Notes: generated by a model not told the origin, from the sequence alone. 63,843 nucleotides of DNA, filler included, from Dugesia japonica (GCA_001938525.1; 7 parts of 7 records of this genome joined end to end with filler, not necessarily neighbours in it), one strand, 5' to 3'. Shown: positions 13,519-25,888, counted from the whole stretch's first letter. Numbers and translations are program-made.

Positions 13519-14760
13519 AGTAAGGGGATAGTAGCGCATGACGGCAATTTTTTTAAGCAGTTATCCGAGGGGGGCTAGGAAACACGTTACGCTTGAGTTG
13601 CGTTTTTTACTCGATAATTATTGATTATCGATTTTTGATCTGATTGATTATCGATTTTTGATCGGATCAGTTTTTTTGATCGGATCAGTTTTTTTTTGAG
13701 CGGATCAGATTTTTTTTTCATCGGATCAATTTTTTTAAAATCTTTATTTTTATCTTTTTTCATCTTTATTTTTCTTTTTTTTTACCATGTTGCAATTTTT
13801 AATAAAAAGTCTCATTACCGATGTAATTTTCCATTAAAAAAAACATATTGACATTGCAATTTTCCAAAATAAAACATTGGTGATGCAAATTTTTTATAAA
13901 AAACATTGGTGATACAATTTATCCATAAAAAACATTACTAGTGACAATATTTCTATGTTTTATTTTGGAAAATTGCAATGTCAATATGTTTTTTTTTAAT
14001 GGAAAATTACATCGGTAAAGAGACTTTTTATTAAAAATTGCAACACTAATGATACTTTTTATTAAAAATTACGACACTAATGAGATTTTGTATTAAAAAT
14101 TACAACACTAATGAGACTTTTTATTAAAAGTTACAACACTAATGAGACTTTTTATTTAAAAGTTGCAACACTAATGAGACTTTAATTAAAATTTGATCAG
14201 TAATATGCTTGTTTTATAAAAAATTACCTAGTTAAGATTTTTATGAAAAAAGTTCTATGTTTTTAAAATCTTGTAAAGAAAAGTTTTAATTTGAATATTA
14301 TATCATGAAAATATCAAAGTTTTTTGATAGATATATATTTATCGTGTTATTATCCTAAAGACGCCCCTCTTTGGTTATTTTTTTACCATATAGTTATATT
14401 TTATCATGAAAAATATTACAAAGACTCCCATTTTTGCCGTATTTTTGATATATTTTATCGAGAAAATAAACCATAGACTCTATTCTTTAAACTTTTTTCA
14501 TATATTTTATCATGATAATATCACAAAGACTTCCTTCTTTGAACTTTTTATTAGAATATTGTATCATAATAATATCACAAAGACTCCCATTTTTGCCGTA
14601 TTTTTGATATATTTTATCGAGAAAATAAACCAAAGACTACCCTCTTTAGTTATTTTTCATATATTTTATAATGAAAATATCACAAAGACTCCCCTCTTTG
14701 AACTTTTTTCATATATTTTATCACAAAAATTTCACAAAGACTCCCCTCTTTAAAGTTTTT
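13519..14760 (+). repeat. Putative terminal repeat region of a large DNA transposon: AGTA-N4-GATAGTAG terminus, then ~20-bp, 30-bp and ~53-bp tandem arrays
   Basis: Terminal motif at 13519; GATCGGATCAGTTTTTT units ~13620-13735; CAACACTAATGAGACTTTTTATTAAAAATT units ~14010-14190; ~53-bp CACAAAGACTCCC units ~14350-14760. Confidence 0.55.
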
Positions 14761-14889
14761 CATGTGTTTAAATAAAAGAGTTGAAAAAACTGTTCGTCAA
14801 GAGTTCAACAGCATAATCGTTTTATGGTAGTAGTAATATTGTTGAGCATAAAAATTNAAATAAAAGTAATTACAATGCAAATGTACAAC

Positions 14890-15320
14890 AATATAACCTA
14901 ATAAACGAATATTAGTCCCAAAAACTGTTTGGCATGGTGATAATTCTGAATCTTCCCCCGCCGTGTTACGGATTACTAACATTGCTAATGGAAGATTTTC
15001 TAACCAGCTACGTTCAGCATTAGTTCATTGAGTCCCTAGAGCATTCTTTAGAGACCTTTGGAGTCTTTCTATTTTCTCATTGCACTGGGGGTGGTATGGT
15101 GCTGTATGCCTATGTTCAATTCTAAAATAATTGCAGAAATCGTTAAATTTATCAGATATAAATTGTCTACCATTGTTGCTTACTATTATCTCTGGTACTT
15201 TGAAGCGAAATATCGATTCTTTAGTTAAGGCTTTTAGCACGAATTCGGATGAAATTTCATTCAGAGCCACTACTTCTGTTCATGAAGTATCAGGATCAAT
15301 CATTGTTAGTATAAAGAAAT
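14890..15320 (-). pseudogene. Ty3/gypsy integrase (rve core) fragment
   Basis: IIVSNNGRQFIS…HTAPYHPQCNEKIERLQRSLK…WLENLPLAMLVIRNT…SPCQTVFG matches the DNGxQF / YHPQxNGxxER pattern; internal stop. Confidence 0.85.
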
Positions 15321-15339
15321 AATTATTATTTAATATTTT

Positions 15340-17040
15340 TTTTGCTTGAATGGTCAAACCTTTCCTCAGCATTATTAATTTTTGGGCGATTTATGTGAAA
15401 AGTGTCAAAGGTTTTCTCGATGAGGTCGAATATGGTCAATTTTAGAATGGTTTAGAGTAATTTTTAGGTGATTTGGTTGTATTGTTTCCTTAGGATTGGA
15501 AGATCTTTGGGTGATTTTGCAGGTTTTCCACAAGATTAGTCAATTTGGGTCAGTTTTGTAAAAATTGATCAATTATTTACTCGGTTTAAGTGATTTGGTC
15601 AATTATTTCTTCAGGATTGGTTAGTTTGGGTCAATTTTGGACAATTTGGTCAATTATTTACTCACAAATGTTAGTTTTGGGTGAATTTGAATGATAATTT
15701 ACTCGGGCTGGCCAGTTTGGGTTGAAATTTTAAAAAATTAATGGTAAAAGTCGAATTTGTTCATGTTGTTTAAATAATTTGAAAGTTTAAAATTTTTTAA
15801 ATCAAACTTTTATGAGAATCTGGGCGAACAATCGAAATATTTTAAAAAATATGTTATACATATCAGATTTCAAAGATTTTTATACTAAACTGCTGAGAAC
15901 TTTACTGCGATCATTTTCCACAAATACAAAATTTTCGAAAATATTTTCTTTTTCAAATAGGTTAAGAAAGTGTCTATTCAATAGTGAATTTTATGCTGAC
16001 TCAAAATATGTTAACCTAAATTTACCCAAATGAATACTCAATGTAATAAATAGGGTTTTGTGATAAAAAAATGTTAAATTTTGAATATTTGTACTCAATT
16101 TTCTCTTCCTACATAACTCGCATGGTTTCAAATTTAGTATTATTTTACTCAGGAGGAAAATGTGACAATGCAAAGTAAAAATATCGTCTTGGTAAAAATG
16201 CTTCCTAATGAATATGTTCGCCGTCCTTCCGAATTTTAGTAACATTTTTCGAAAACATAAAAATTATCTCAAAGATATCCAACTAGGTATTTCGTAGATA
16301 GAGACTTTTTCACTGATTTCAAATATGTAAACTTAAAATCATCAAACATTATAGATAAAAAGTTATATTGGAAAAACAAGTACTTACTTTGGGTGTCCCT
16401 GAAGAAAAAATGAATTTTAAAAAGAGTAACTGCAACTTAATTAGAACGTAGTTTATTTGATAGAGACCTTTATACTGATTATGGAAGACCTAGTTAAAAA
16501 TCACTACATTTTGTCTGGAGCTCTGAAAAATGGGATAAAACCGAGAATTTTTGACAATGTTTTAGTCTTTCTTCTCAAACCGTAACGAAACATGCATTAT
16601 TCGATAGAAAAATTTTCACCAATCATAAAAAACATCACCTAAAATCACATAATTTAATGTTGACAGAGAAAATTTGAAAGAACATGGTTAAAAATTCCAA
16701 GGCTACTTAACCGACACAAATAAAAAAATATTTTTTATAATTTTCATCTAAATTAAATGGTCCAAGTACTATTAGATAGAGAATGTTTTACTGATCTAGA
16801 ATATATACAGTAAAAATTTGTGAAAATAAATTTTTTTTAAAAAGTTAAAAGTTTTTAATTCTCAATAATTAATTAAAAATAAAAAGTATCTCAACCAGTA
16901 ATAATAAGTAATTATAAACCAGTTTATAGGATAGAGAAGTTTACACTGATTCCAAATATATTAACTTAAAATCATCAAATTGTATAGATAAGTTATTGCA
17001 ACAACAAAGTATTTAACTTAGGAATCCACGAAGTAATACT
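15340..17040 (+). repeat. Dispersed modular repeat family; inverted copy at ~58305-59830
   Basis: GGTCAATTATTTACTC-type short units followed by recurring GATAGAGA…ACTGATT.CAAATAT…AACTTAAAATCA modules; 16860-17040 aligns by eye with the reverse complement of ~58305-58490. Confidence 0.65.
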
Positions 17041-18187
17041 TGATGATAGGGAGTTAGGGATGGTTCATTCCCATTTTAAGAAGGAGATTTATCTTTATAT
17101 TATAGTTATAAATGATAATGATAAGACATCATGAATGTAAACCATTAATTAAATATTACTATAATGAATCATTTATGANNNNNNNNNNNNNNNNNNNNNN
17201 NNNNNNNNNNNNNNNNNNNNNNNNNNNNNNNNNNNNNNNNNNNNNNNNNNNNNNNNNNNNNNNNNNNNNNAAATTTAATACAGAAAGCTTTATTATCATT
17301 ACTAAAATGCTATTAATTATTAAACTGTTGAATAGATAAATTAAACCAAGACTTACGTGAGTCATTGATTGTCCGGAGCAAGCACCTGATTGATTTGTAG
17401 TTGTTGCGCCGATTTGATTGTATTATATTCTACTGGTGACCAATGCTTTTTACGATGAATTTATACGCACTATATATTTTCTGTGCACTTGTATGCAACT
17501 ATTTATCTTGTGATTAATTGATTTATCATTGATGCATGGATTCAGTACGCCAGCAATTGTCTACAATTCATGCGCTTATGTGAAACTACCTTCCGAATAC
17601 TAATCTTATATATTATAGTTGGTTGCTATGCCAACTAGTTAATTTAATTTTTCTAACTGATGGTTCTGCCAAGTTGGAAACCGTGGTTGAAAATAAAAAA
17701 TCAGTTAAATTCTCACAGTTTCAAACTTTCAGTCGATAATTCTAATTGCTAATTTTGGTTGAAAATTTATGATTATTGATGTCTGAAATTGATCAGTATT
17801 TAAACTAAAATTTAGTACGCCTTCTTTCTTCTCATTGTCCAATGCAAATGTGTTTTTATTAGATAAAATACTCAAATTATGCCACCTGAATTGTTATTAT
17901 TAGACAAACATTTGGAATTCCAAAATTATTGTAATTTTATTGGTTAATTTAAAAATCCTTACAACTTCTTTTCTGATCTAGCCATGGTCTTCTGGTTTAA
18001 ATCTTTGAAATCTCAGATTTTTCGCAACTAGTATTTTCTTTACTGATAATTTCTTTCTTAACTGTAAGCCTTCTTATTTCGATATTTCTGAATATATTAA
18101 ATTTTTGTTTCTAATAAATTATTTTAATTTATATAATTTATTTTATTTAATAAAATNAATTTTTTTTCTTCTAAATTTATTAATTAG

Positions 18188-18580
18188 AGTAGGTAGATAG
18201 TAGTGCACTAGATCACTAAGAAATATTAGTCGCTTATAAACTACTTACAAATAGTAAGTAGCTTAATTAAATTAAATAATGATTATGAAAAATTTGTATC
18301 ACTCATCCTTTTTAGTAGCAAAGAAATGAGTCATGCTGATGAGTCATTGCCGGTTTGAACAAAGACCATGACTCGTCATGATGAGTCATCGGTTATGTAG
18401 AACAAAGACAATGACTCAATGTATGAGTCAAACATTTTTTCGAAAAATTTTCCAAGTCAGAACAAAGACCCCCCTCCCCCTCACAAAGAAAAGTATATAA
18501 TAAAGAATTACGTTTTCTAGATCATGAATCATAGTTTTTTTCAAAATTTTTTCTAAGTCAGAACAAAGACCCCCCCCTGA
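18188..18580 (+). repeat. Putative terminal repeat remnant (AGTA-N4-GATAGTAG) with GAACAAAGAC and ATGAGTCAT subrepeats
   Basis: Terminal motif at 18188; four GAACAAAGAC copies; duplicated AAGTCAGAACAAAGACCCCCC. Confidence 0.5.
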
Positions 18581-18849
18581 AGATTCTTTTTTTGATTTTT
18601 AATTATTATTATTTTTTTTGCTTTCAAGTACTTTCTTTGTTATAAGTGGATTCATGTTGCATACATATTGCAAGTTTAATGAAAACACATGAAATTAAAG
18701 TTTTTTTTACACATTATTTAAAGAAAACAAATAATAAAAAAAGTCAAGATTAAAATTTTTATTTTACATCAATATAATGAAATTTCAATTAAATTACAAT
18801 CGTTGTCCTTTATTTATGACTATAACCATAAATTATATCAATAAATTTT

Positions 18850-18949
18850 NNNNNNNNNNNNNNNNNNNNNNNNNNNNNNNNNNNNNNNNNNNNTTAATTA
18901 ATTAANNNNNNNNNNNNNNNNNNNNNNNNNNNNNNNNNNNNNNNNNNNN
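18850..18949. other. Artificial contig spacer
   Basis: N44-TTAATTAATTAA-N44. Confidence 0.97.
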
Positions 18950-19099
18950 TATATGACTTTTAGTGAACAAATTAATTTGATTGGTCAATTATTTTAACTA
19001 TTAAAAACAAACCATAAAATACACCTGTATATATGAATACAAAGAAATACAAATGAAAAAACGAGTCAAATAAGTATGTATAATATTTATTAGTTTTCA

Positions 19100-19490
19100 C
19101 TCACTTCCGAAAAAAATCTGTTATTTTATCTTGGCATTTTTTCCTTTCATTTAGAATAATATTTTCAATTTTTTACCATTATTTTCTTAATTTACCATTA
19201 ATATTTTTCATCAAAAAAATTTCTAATTTTTTAACACAAAGACAAAAGCATCATGACTTGTAATAGGTAGTTCTTCAATTATTTCATTAATGTCTGATTT
19301 CTTGGAGTTTCTTTCAATTTGTTCAGATTGTTGAAAAACAATGCCGTTTTATCACAATTAAAAATGTAATTTTCGGCATATTTCTTTAATTTGACATTAA
19401 AACAGTCCTTAAACATTAGCACAAAATCTGACCAAATGAATGTTTCTTCTCCACAATTTTTTTTTTAATGGAAATAATTTCTGCTCAAAA
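19100..19490 (-). pseudogene. pogo/Tigger-like DDE transposase remnant
   Basis: LKKYAENYIFNCDKTALFF resembles the pogo IFNxDETALF motif; the rest is decayed. Confidence 0.4.
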
Positions 19491-20061
19491 ACAAACTAAA
19501 NNNNNNNNNNNNNNNNNNNNNNNNNNNNNNNNNNNNNNNNNNNNNNNNNNNNNNNNNNNTACATTTTAAAATTTTATCACTATTTGTATTATTTTGGGAG
19601 CGTTGATACTGAAACCATTGGTACAGTGTGCTTTGTTTCACTTAATGTAAATATCACATTTTCTTTGTAAATTTTCTCGAACACGGCCTTTTCATCATAA
19701 TTGACAAAACCAGCAAAAACTTTAAATTTTTTATTTACTGTTGTTGTTGGAACGTTAAATTCGTCCTCGTTTTTAATTTGGAATTGTTCATTATATGGAG
19801 TTAAACTAATCATAAAGTTTTAACAAATTATGTATTGTTTTACGAAATTATCAAAAACCGTGCTCACTGTTCACAATGTATGAATATAGAAATTTTCTAT
19901 AGAATTTTTGAGAAGTTGTATATTTTATTCATATGGAATGTTTACTGTATGCATTGTTCATTATACACATGCTTGACTGTATGTTTATATATTCAATTTC
20001 TACTAATATTTTATCTTAAATATTTTATCTGTGTAAGATTTTAATATCTAATTTATTTTAG

Positions 20062-20352
20062 TAAAACCTACTATAAGAAACATTACACACGTTATTTATC
20101 ATTACAGAAACGACAGTGTCTTTCTTCTATGCATTTTCAATCCATATTCAGTGCCTTATTTGAAAGGTAAGCTTGAATGGATTTATAATAATAAAACAAT
20201 TTCCTCAAAAAATGCTACATTCCATCATTACAATATTATACATTTCAATTACACTATTGAAAATCTTAATAAAACAAAATCCGGAATTTACAAATGTCAA
20301 TTAACAATGGGCAATTTCACAGCTTCCACTGCTTTTAATGTTATTTCTAAAA
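20062..20352 (+). CDS. Single immunoglobulin-domain exon (phase 1-1) of a cell-surface or secreted protein
   Basis: Acceptor tttag|, donor |gtatga; KPTIRNITH…VFLLC…LEWIYN…TIENLNKTKSGIYKCQ has the C…W…GxYxC Ig signature and about 7 N-glycosylation sequons. Confidence 0.75.
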
Positions 20353-21057
20353 GTATGAATATAATAGTTTAAATTTTTCAATAATTATTCTAGTTTTTTA
20401 ATTTCAAATGTTTTCAAAAGCATTTTTAAAATCATGTGTTTTATTATGTAAACATTTTTACACTGTTAATGATGTAAAACAAATTTATTCGTAACAATCA
20501 GATTAATATGATCAGAATAATTTATTAAAATTATTAATTGATAAAGACATTTGAGTTAATTTAGTTAAAATTATACAGTTATGAAAATCAATAATCTTTG
20601 AAATTTGTGTTCAATAGAATTATGCATAGATCGTGTATTAAATGGAATAATTGAAATACATCAACTTCACAATAACAAACACGCATCAAATAATCAATCA
20701 CTTAATTATATTTGTTGACACGAGTAGATCTTTTATTTAAAAGCTTTCCTTCCACAGCTGAAACTTCTGTTTAAATTCTATTTCTAGGTAGGCTTTCTTG
20801 CTCACGACCAAACATTTTGGAGGTTAAATTAAATTTATCTCGTTCCCACTCATTTTATAACATTTCAAATTTATTTGAGTTCACTTCAAGTGTGATTAAT
20901 TATTATATTCTCATAAGATTGTCATATGAAAGATTTATCCTTAAAATTCACTTTAAAAACTCAAAAAACAGACAACTTTTTCATAAAAATAAAAGAACGC
21001 CATTTAATAAAAATATTTATTTATGATTAGCTTATATATATATATATATATATAAAC

Positions 21058-23165
21058 CAAGGGGCTCAAAGGTTTATGTATGGGGGAACCATTTTTGAAA
21101 ATGTTAAAATACTGAAAAGCCACAAAATTTTCAACATAAACTTCAATTGAAATTTATTTTTATTGCTATAATTAATTAATAACTAAACACATTACTTTTT
21201 AAATTTTATACTATTAACAAATTTATTAAATACAAAGAAAACTTCAATAATTACATTTAAAAATTATTTGTAAAATCTGAAATATGTGTCCAAAAATTTA
21301 TCGTTTTTGCTTAACGAGAATTTTCAAATCGGGTTCATAATTTGTTAGATATGTCTTTAATAATTCAGTTAAATGGATATATGTTAGCTGTGAACGATGT
21401 TTATTTTTAACAAATTTTATAGTTGAATAAAATTATTTACAATTATAAGTGGTTCCGAATATAGACAATATTCGAACCACGAAATTAATTAAATTTGGAT
21501 ATTTGGATTCCGAAACAAGTTTCCAAAAGTCTATTATGGATTCTATTGATTTGTGCTCGATGATTATTGCTTCATCTGCCTGAATTTCTATCAACTCTAA
21601 TTTCAAGTTTGCAGAATTAGAAAGGATGACCTCAAGTATATTAAATCGTTCTTCAATAACATCCACTAGAAATGGATTTAAGAAAATTTTTATAGAAAAT
21701 TTCAAAGTTTTCAAATCTGAAAATCTCGACTTGAAACCTGAAAACAATTCTTTCAATTTATTTTGATATTCACTTAATTTTTCATTTGAAATTTTAAGTT
21801 GACTTTCTTTTAGACGAGGAAAATAATTTAAATCGTTAAAGATCAAATCTTTTTCATAAATTTGAATTTTCTTTTGAAAACTAAAAATTGTGTGGCACAG
21901 ATTGCTGACGAGTTTTTCTTTACCTTGTAATTCCAAATTCAGATTTTGTAAATGTTGCATGAAATCTGATAAAAAAATTATATCTAGTTTCCAATTATAA
22001 TTATTAAAATTACATAAAACATTATTTATCTGTCCTATAGTATATTTTTTGCTTTATCCGTTTTTTTGCTTCTTCTAGTAATTTTGTTTTATTTTGAAGA
22101 TAACAAGTAATTGGATTTAGTAGTTCTAGAAATTTATTTAATACATTATACGTGGATAACAACCTGACGATGTAATAAAAAAGCACACCATTTGAAATAT
22201 ATTTGTCTCAGGATTCAAAAAATTTTTAAACTGATGATGATTTTTTGCATTAGCTCGTATATAATTAATTGCATAGAAAACAGTATTCATGACATTTTAA
22301 TATTTGAAGTGCTTGGTAATGAGTTGTTCTCGATGCAATATGCAGTGTACTGAAAGATATTTGGGTATATTATGATATTTTATAAAGAGTCCTGTAAAGC
22401 CATTTATACTTCCTACCATAGCAGGAGTACCATAAGTTGCAATGCTTACCAATTTGTTAATAGGAATATCAAAATCGATTAACATTTTATCAAATGAATT
22501 TTTATTTTCGATACCGCGAGTTAATTCTTTAAGAGAAACTAAATCCAATAATTCTTCTTTTATAGTTATATCAGATAAAATAAAACGTATAAAAACCGCT
22601 AACTGTGGAGTACCATTAATATAAGTTGACTCATCTAGGGCCAAACTAAAGGCGTTATAGTTTTTAATATCAATTTTAAGTTTTTCAACTTTATCTAGAC
22701 ATATATCTGTAATACGTCTTTCTACAGTGGATCGAGATGTGGGAATTTTTGATATTTTTTTTATGTAATTTTGAATTCTCAGGATTTATAATTTTAACTA
22801 TATTTTTCAAATTTTTCTTAATAAATTCTCCTTCTATATATGGACGTTTGCCTCGTGTGATATTCCATGCCATGACATAACTTGCTTCCTTTAAATTGTC
22901 ATCTACATTGTTGAAAATGGAGAGAAAAAATTGTTGTTTCTCGAGTTCATTTTTAAATAGTTTAATTTTATCTTTTTTTAACTTTGTTTTTTCAGGGGAT
23001 GTGGAGTGGAAATCGGTGTGAATTGCATGGTAGTGCCTTCATAAATTTCAAAATTGAAAATGCATAATGGTTTTCCATTATTATTTATGAACAAAAAGTT
23101 TTGTTCCCACTTTTCATTAAAACTTCGTTTCTCTTCTTCATATTTTCTTTTTTAGCCTTATCCAT
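21058..23165 (-). mobile_element. Decayed hAT transposon, Charlie/SPIN (GTF2IRD2/EPM2AIP1-like) transposase
   Basis: RSFNEKWEQNFLF, LALDEST…QLAVFIR, HCILHREQL, HLQNLNLELQG, SIFGTTYNC motifs with stops and frameshifts; TIR-like CAAGGGGCTCAAA at 21058. Confidence 0.9.
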
Positions 23166-23231
23166 GATAACTCTAAAATATTTTTAAAATTTTTAGCAAT
23201 CATGAATAATAAAATACTAAATAATTAATGA

Positions 23232-24342
23232 TTATATGGAGAAGATGCCGTAAATTTCGTGAGTTTTATGCTAGATTATTATATGTATGGTAAGGCCTAT
23301 GGATGGCCAGAAAAAATCATGGTAATTCGATTGCCATTATATCTAAAAAGAACTGCTAGAGATGCGTACTGTCAGTTAGAGGCTTCGCAATTGGGTAGCT
23401 AGGCACATTGCAAAGATGCATTAGTCGAAAAATTAGTTAGTGAAGATGTGGGTAGAATTATGAGAAAGAAATTCTTTAATCGAGTACAAAATGAAGGAGA
23501 GTCGGTGAATGAATTCGCTTTTGAGTTGAGTACTTTAGCCGAGAAAGCCTTCAGATTGCGAGAAAACTAGGGAGATCATATTAAAAATATTTTTGCAAGA
23601 TCAATTTCTAATGGAAGCACAATCAAGTAATAGAACAGCGCTTAGTTTAGTAGATTATCAGGATTTTGATGATCTCGTTAAAAAAGCCAGACGAATTGAA
23701 GTAAATTCTGCGGCGACAACAAAAGCTCCTACAGTAAATTACACTGAGACGGCAAAATTTCAGAGACCTGAACCAGAAAGTCCAAATTTTAGAAAAGGGT
23801 CAAATTTCAAACCAAGAACATTTAATCCACCGTCGCCAAGGAATAATAGACCATCTCCAAAATATGAGAGAAATAGCAATTTTCAACAAAACGCGTTAAA
23901 AAGGACAGTGAAAGGTTTTAGGTGTCAACTTAAAGGACATACTGCAAATCAATGTCTTACAAAATTGGGTAATGGAGGAAATCGTGAAAGCAGGAGAACA
24001 ATACAATGTAATAATTGTGGACGAATTGGACATTTATATAGAGATTGTTACGCTCCAAAGTCGCGTTGTCCATCAACCTCTCCATCTCCGCAAAGAAATA
24101 CATTAAATTCCAAAGGCCAACAACAATGTTATTCATGTCAGAAATATGGTCATATTGCAAGATCATGTCCAAATAATGTTGATCGATTCCAAAAACCAAT
24201 TTTAAAGAAATCAGTCAAAATTGATAACAATCCTAGAGTTAATTCCACCTTTTCCCCATATAATCATGAAAGAATAAAATTTGAGGCAGAATTAGATGAA
24301 ATGAGACGAAGGACTCAGATAGCGATAACGAAAACTCAATGA
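23232..24342 (+). pseudogene. gag: Gag: capsid plus three CCHC zinc knuckles
   Basis: KAYGWPEK…LPLYLKRTARDAY…RVQNEGESVNEFAFELSTLAEKAF (major-homology-like region); knuckles (C>G)FRCQLKGHTANQC, CNNCGRIGHLYRDC, CYSCQKYGHIARSC. Confidence 0.9.
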
Positions 24343-24672
24343 TATTTTTAGAAAATGATCCACAAATTGGATGTGAAATACCAAATCTTCTTGGTCAAAT
24401 TTCACCTATGATAGACGATGTCGTAGTAAATAAAAGCCAAATTTTATACTCACATTTTTCAGCTAATATCGAAAATTGCGAATGAGATATGGAGGAGATT
24501 TTGGTAATTTTGCAATAGTTAATAAAACTGAATTTGCCTTTAGAAAAATTAGAAAATGTTATGAAGAAATGTATTTATAATTGTAATAATGGAGCTAAAC
24601 ACGTTTTGGAATTGAAACTCATCATGACAAAGATTGGACAAGAAATGTGCAAAAATTTCGTGGTTAGAAGAT

Positions 24673-24886
24673 GTATATGTAGTGTTTATTGATAACAATG
24701 GAGATAAACTTACAAAACCTATTAGTGCTTATAGTACAGTCAGAGACTTATTTCAGATGATTGGTGAATCCAAGGAATTGAAAATTGTGAAAATGAAATT
24801 TGCTAATNAAACTTTGGAGGATATAGATGCTTATATTGTGGATCTAGAAATGATCCCCGGAATGGAAAATGAAGTTACGATTTTAC
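24673..24886 (+). pseudogene. Ubiquitin-like (beta-grasp) domain within the retroelement polyprotein
   Basis: VYVVFIDNNGDKLTKPISAYSTVRDLFQMI…MKFANxTLEDIDAYIVDLEM…EVTIL parallels ubiquitin IFVKTLTGKTITLEV…TIENVK…LIFAGKQLEDGRTLSDYNI…TLHL; same frame as the zinc-knuckle ORF. Confidence 0.55.
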
Positions 24887-25627
24887 AATTTCACGAGATA
24901 ATAAAGACGGTACCTCAAGCAACAGAGTTGATTTTATTACGTAAATTACAATGCGAATTAGAGAGTAAAAATGATGATAAAATCCAAATGGTACTGCATG
25001 ACATATTGAGCATGCCAAAAGGAGGCAGTATGAAACGTGATTTTATCTAATTATTGGTACCGTATTTGTATACAATGCATAAAAATAAAATTAAACTAGA
25101 AATGTAAAAATTTGGAAAAGAGTTTAGAGAGGAAAAAGCCAATTTTCCTCCTTTTATACTAAAATAGACATGGATCTATGTGGAATTAAATATTGTAAAC
25201 TAAACAAGTTTAACGAAAATTCAGCGAACAAGAGATAATTGTGGACTTTCGCGAATTGTTGATGAGATGATGAAAATCTCAGAGAACCAATGTAACGTTA
25301 GGGATCGCATTGAGTGCAAAGAACTTTTAATGGGATTACAAAGTGAGATATACCCATGATAGAGAATAAAAAGTATTAAAAGAATTTATACTAGAGATAT
25401 GGCGGACAACTTATTCGAATTTGTCCAATTATAATGATTGAGATAAATAAAACTCCTGACGAAGACAAGGTCGAAATATCGATTTGTTATCCAATATCAA
25501 TAATTAAAACCTAAATTTTGATCNNNNNNNNNNNNNNNNNNNNNNNNNNNNNNNNNNNNNNNNNNNNNNNNNNNNNNNNNNNNNNNNNNNNNNNNNNNNN
25601 NNNNNNNNNNNNNNNNNNNNNNNNNNT

Positions 25628-25888
25628 GGATTGGCATTTCTAATTCAGCAAATGGGAATTTATATTTCAGTTGATTATCAAAATATGGGCGATATGATTG
25701 AAGAAGTATTGAAAATAATCCTAAAATATATGTATCCGTTTGTCCAAAAACCAGGAGGCTGGGAATTTCTGGGAAACGTGAGAAAAATCGAACGAAAAAG
25801 TTCTATGTTTTCAACGGGATTCAGAGGTGTCTCACCGTGGTTAATAATAATGATTCTTACGATTGGGTTGGTAAATTACACAACTTCG
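25628..25888 (+). pseudogene. Bcl-2-like C-terminal half (BH2) plus hydrophobic anchor
   Basis: GLAFLIQQMG…IILKYMYPFVQKPGGWEFL resembles the BH2 motif (WIxxxGGWxxF) with Bcl-2-like spacing from the post-BH1 AF, followed by a basic linker and PWLIIMILTIGLV; BH1 would fall in the N gap 25524-25626. Confidence 0.55.

Noticed and set aside
14010-14760. 30-bp and 53-bp arrays as a CRISPR-like locus
   Set aside because: Units are contiguous diverged tandem copies with no unique spacers, no cas genes, and the context is eukaryotic. ORF 14406-14753 is just the repeat read through.
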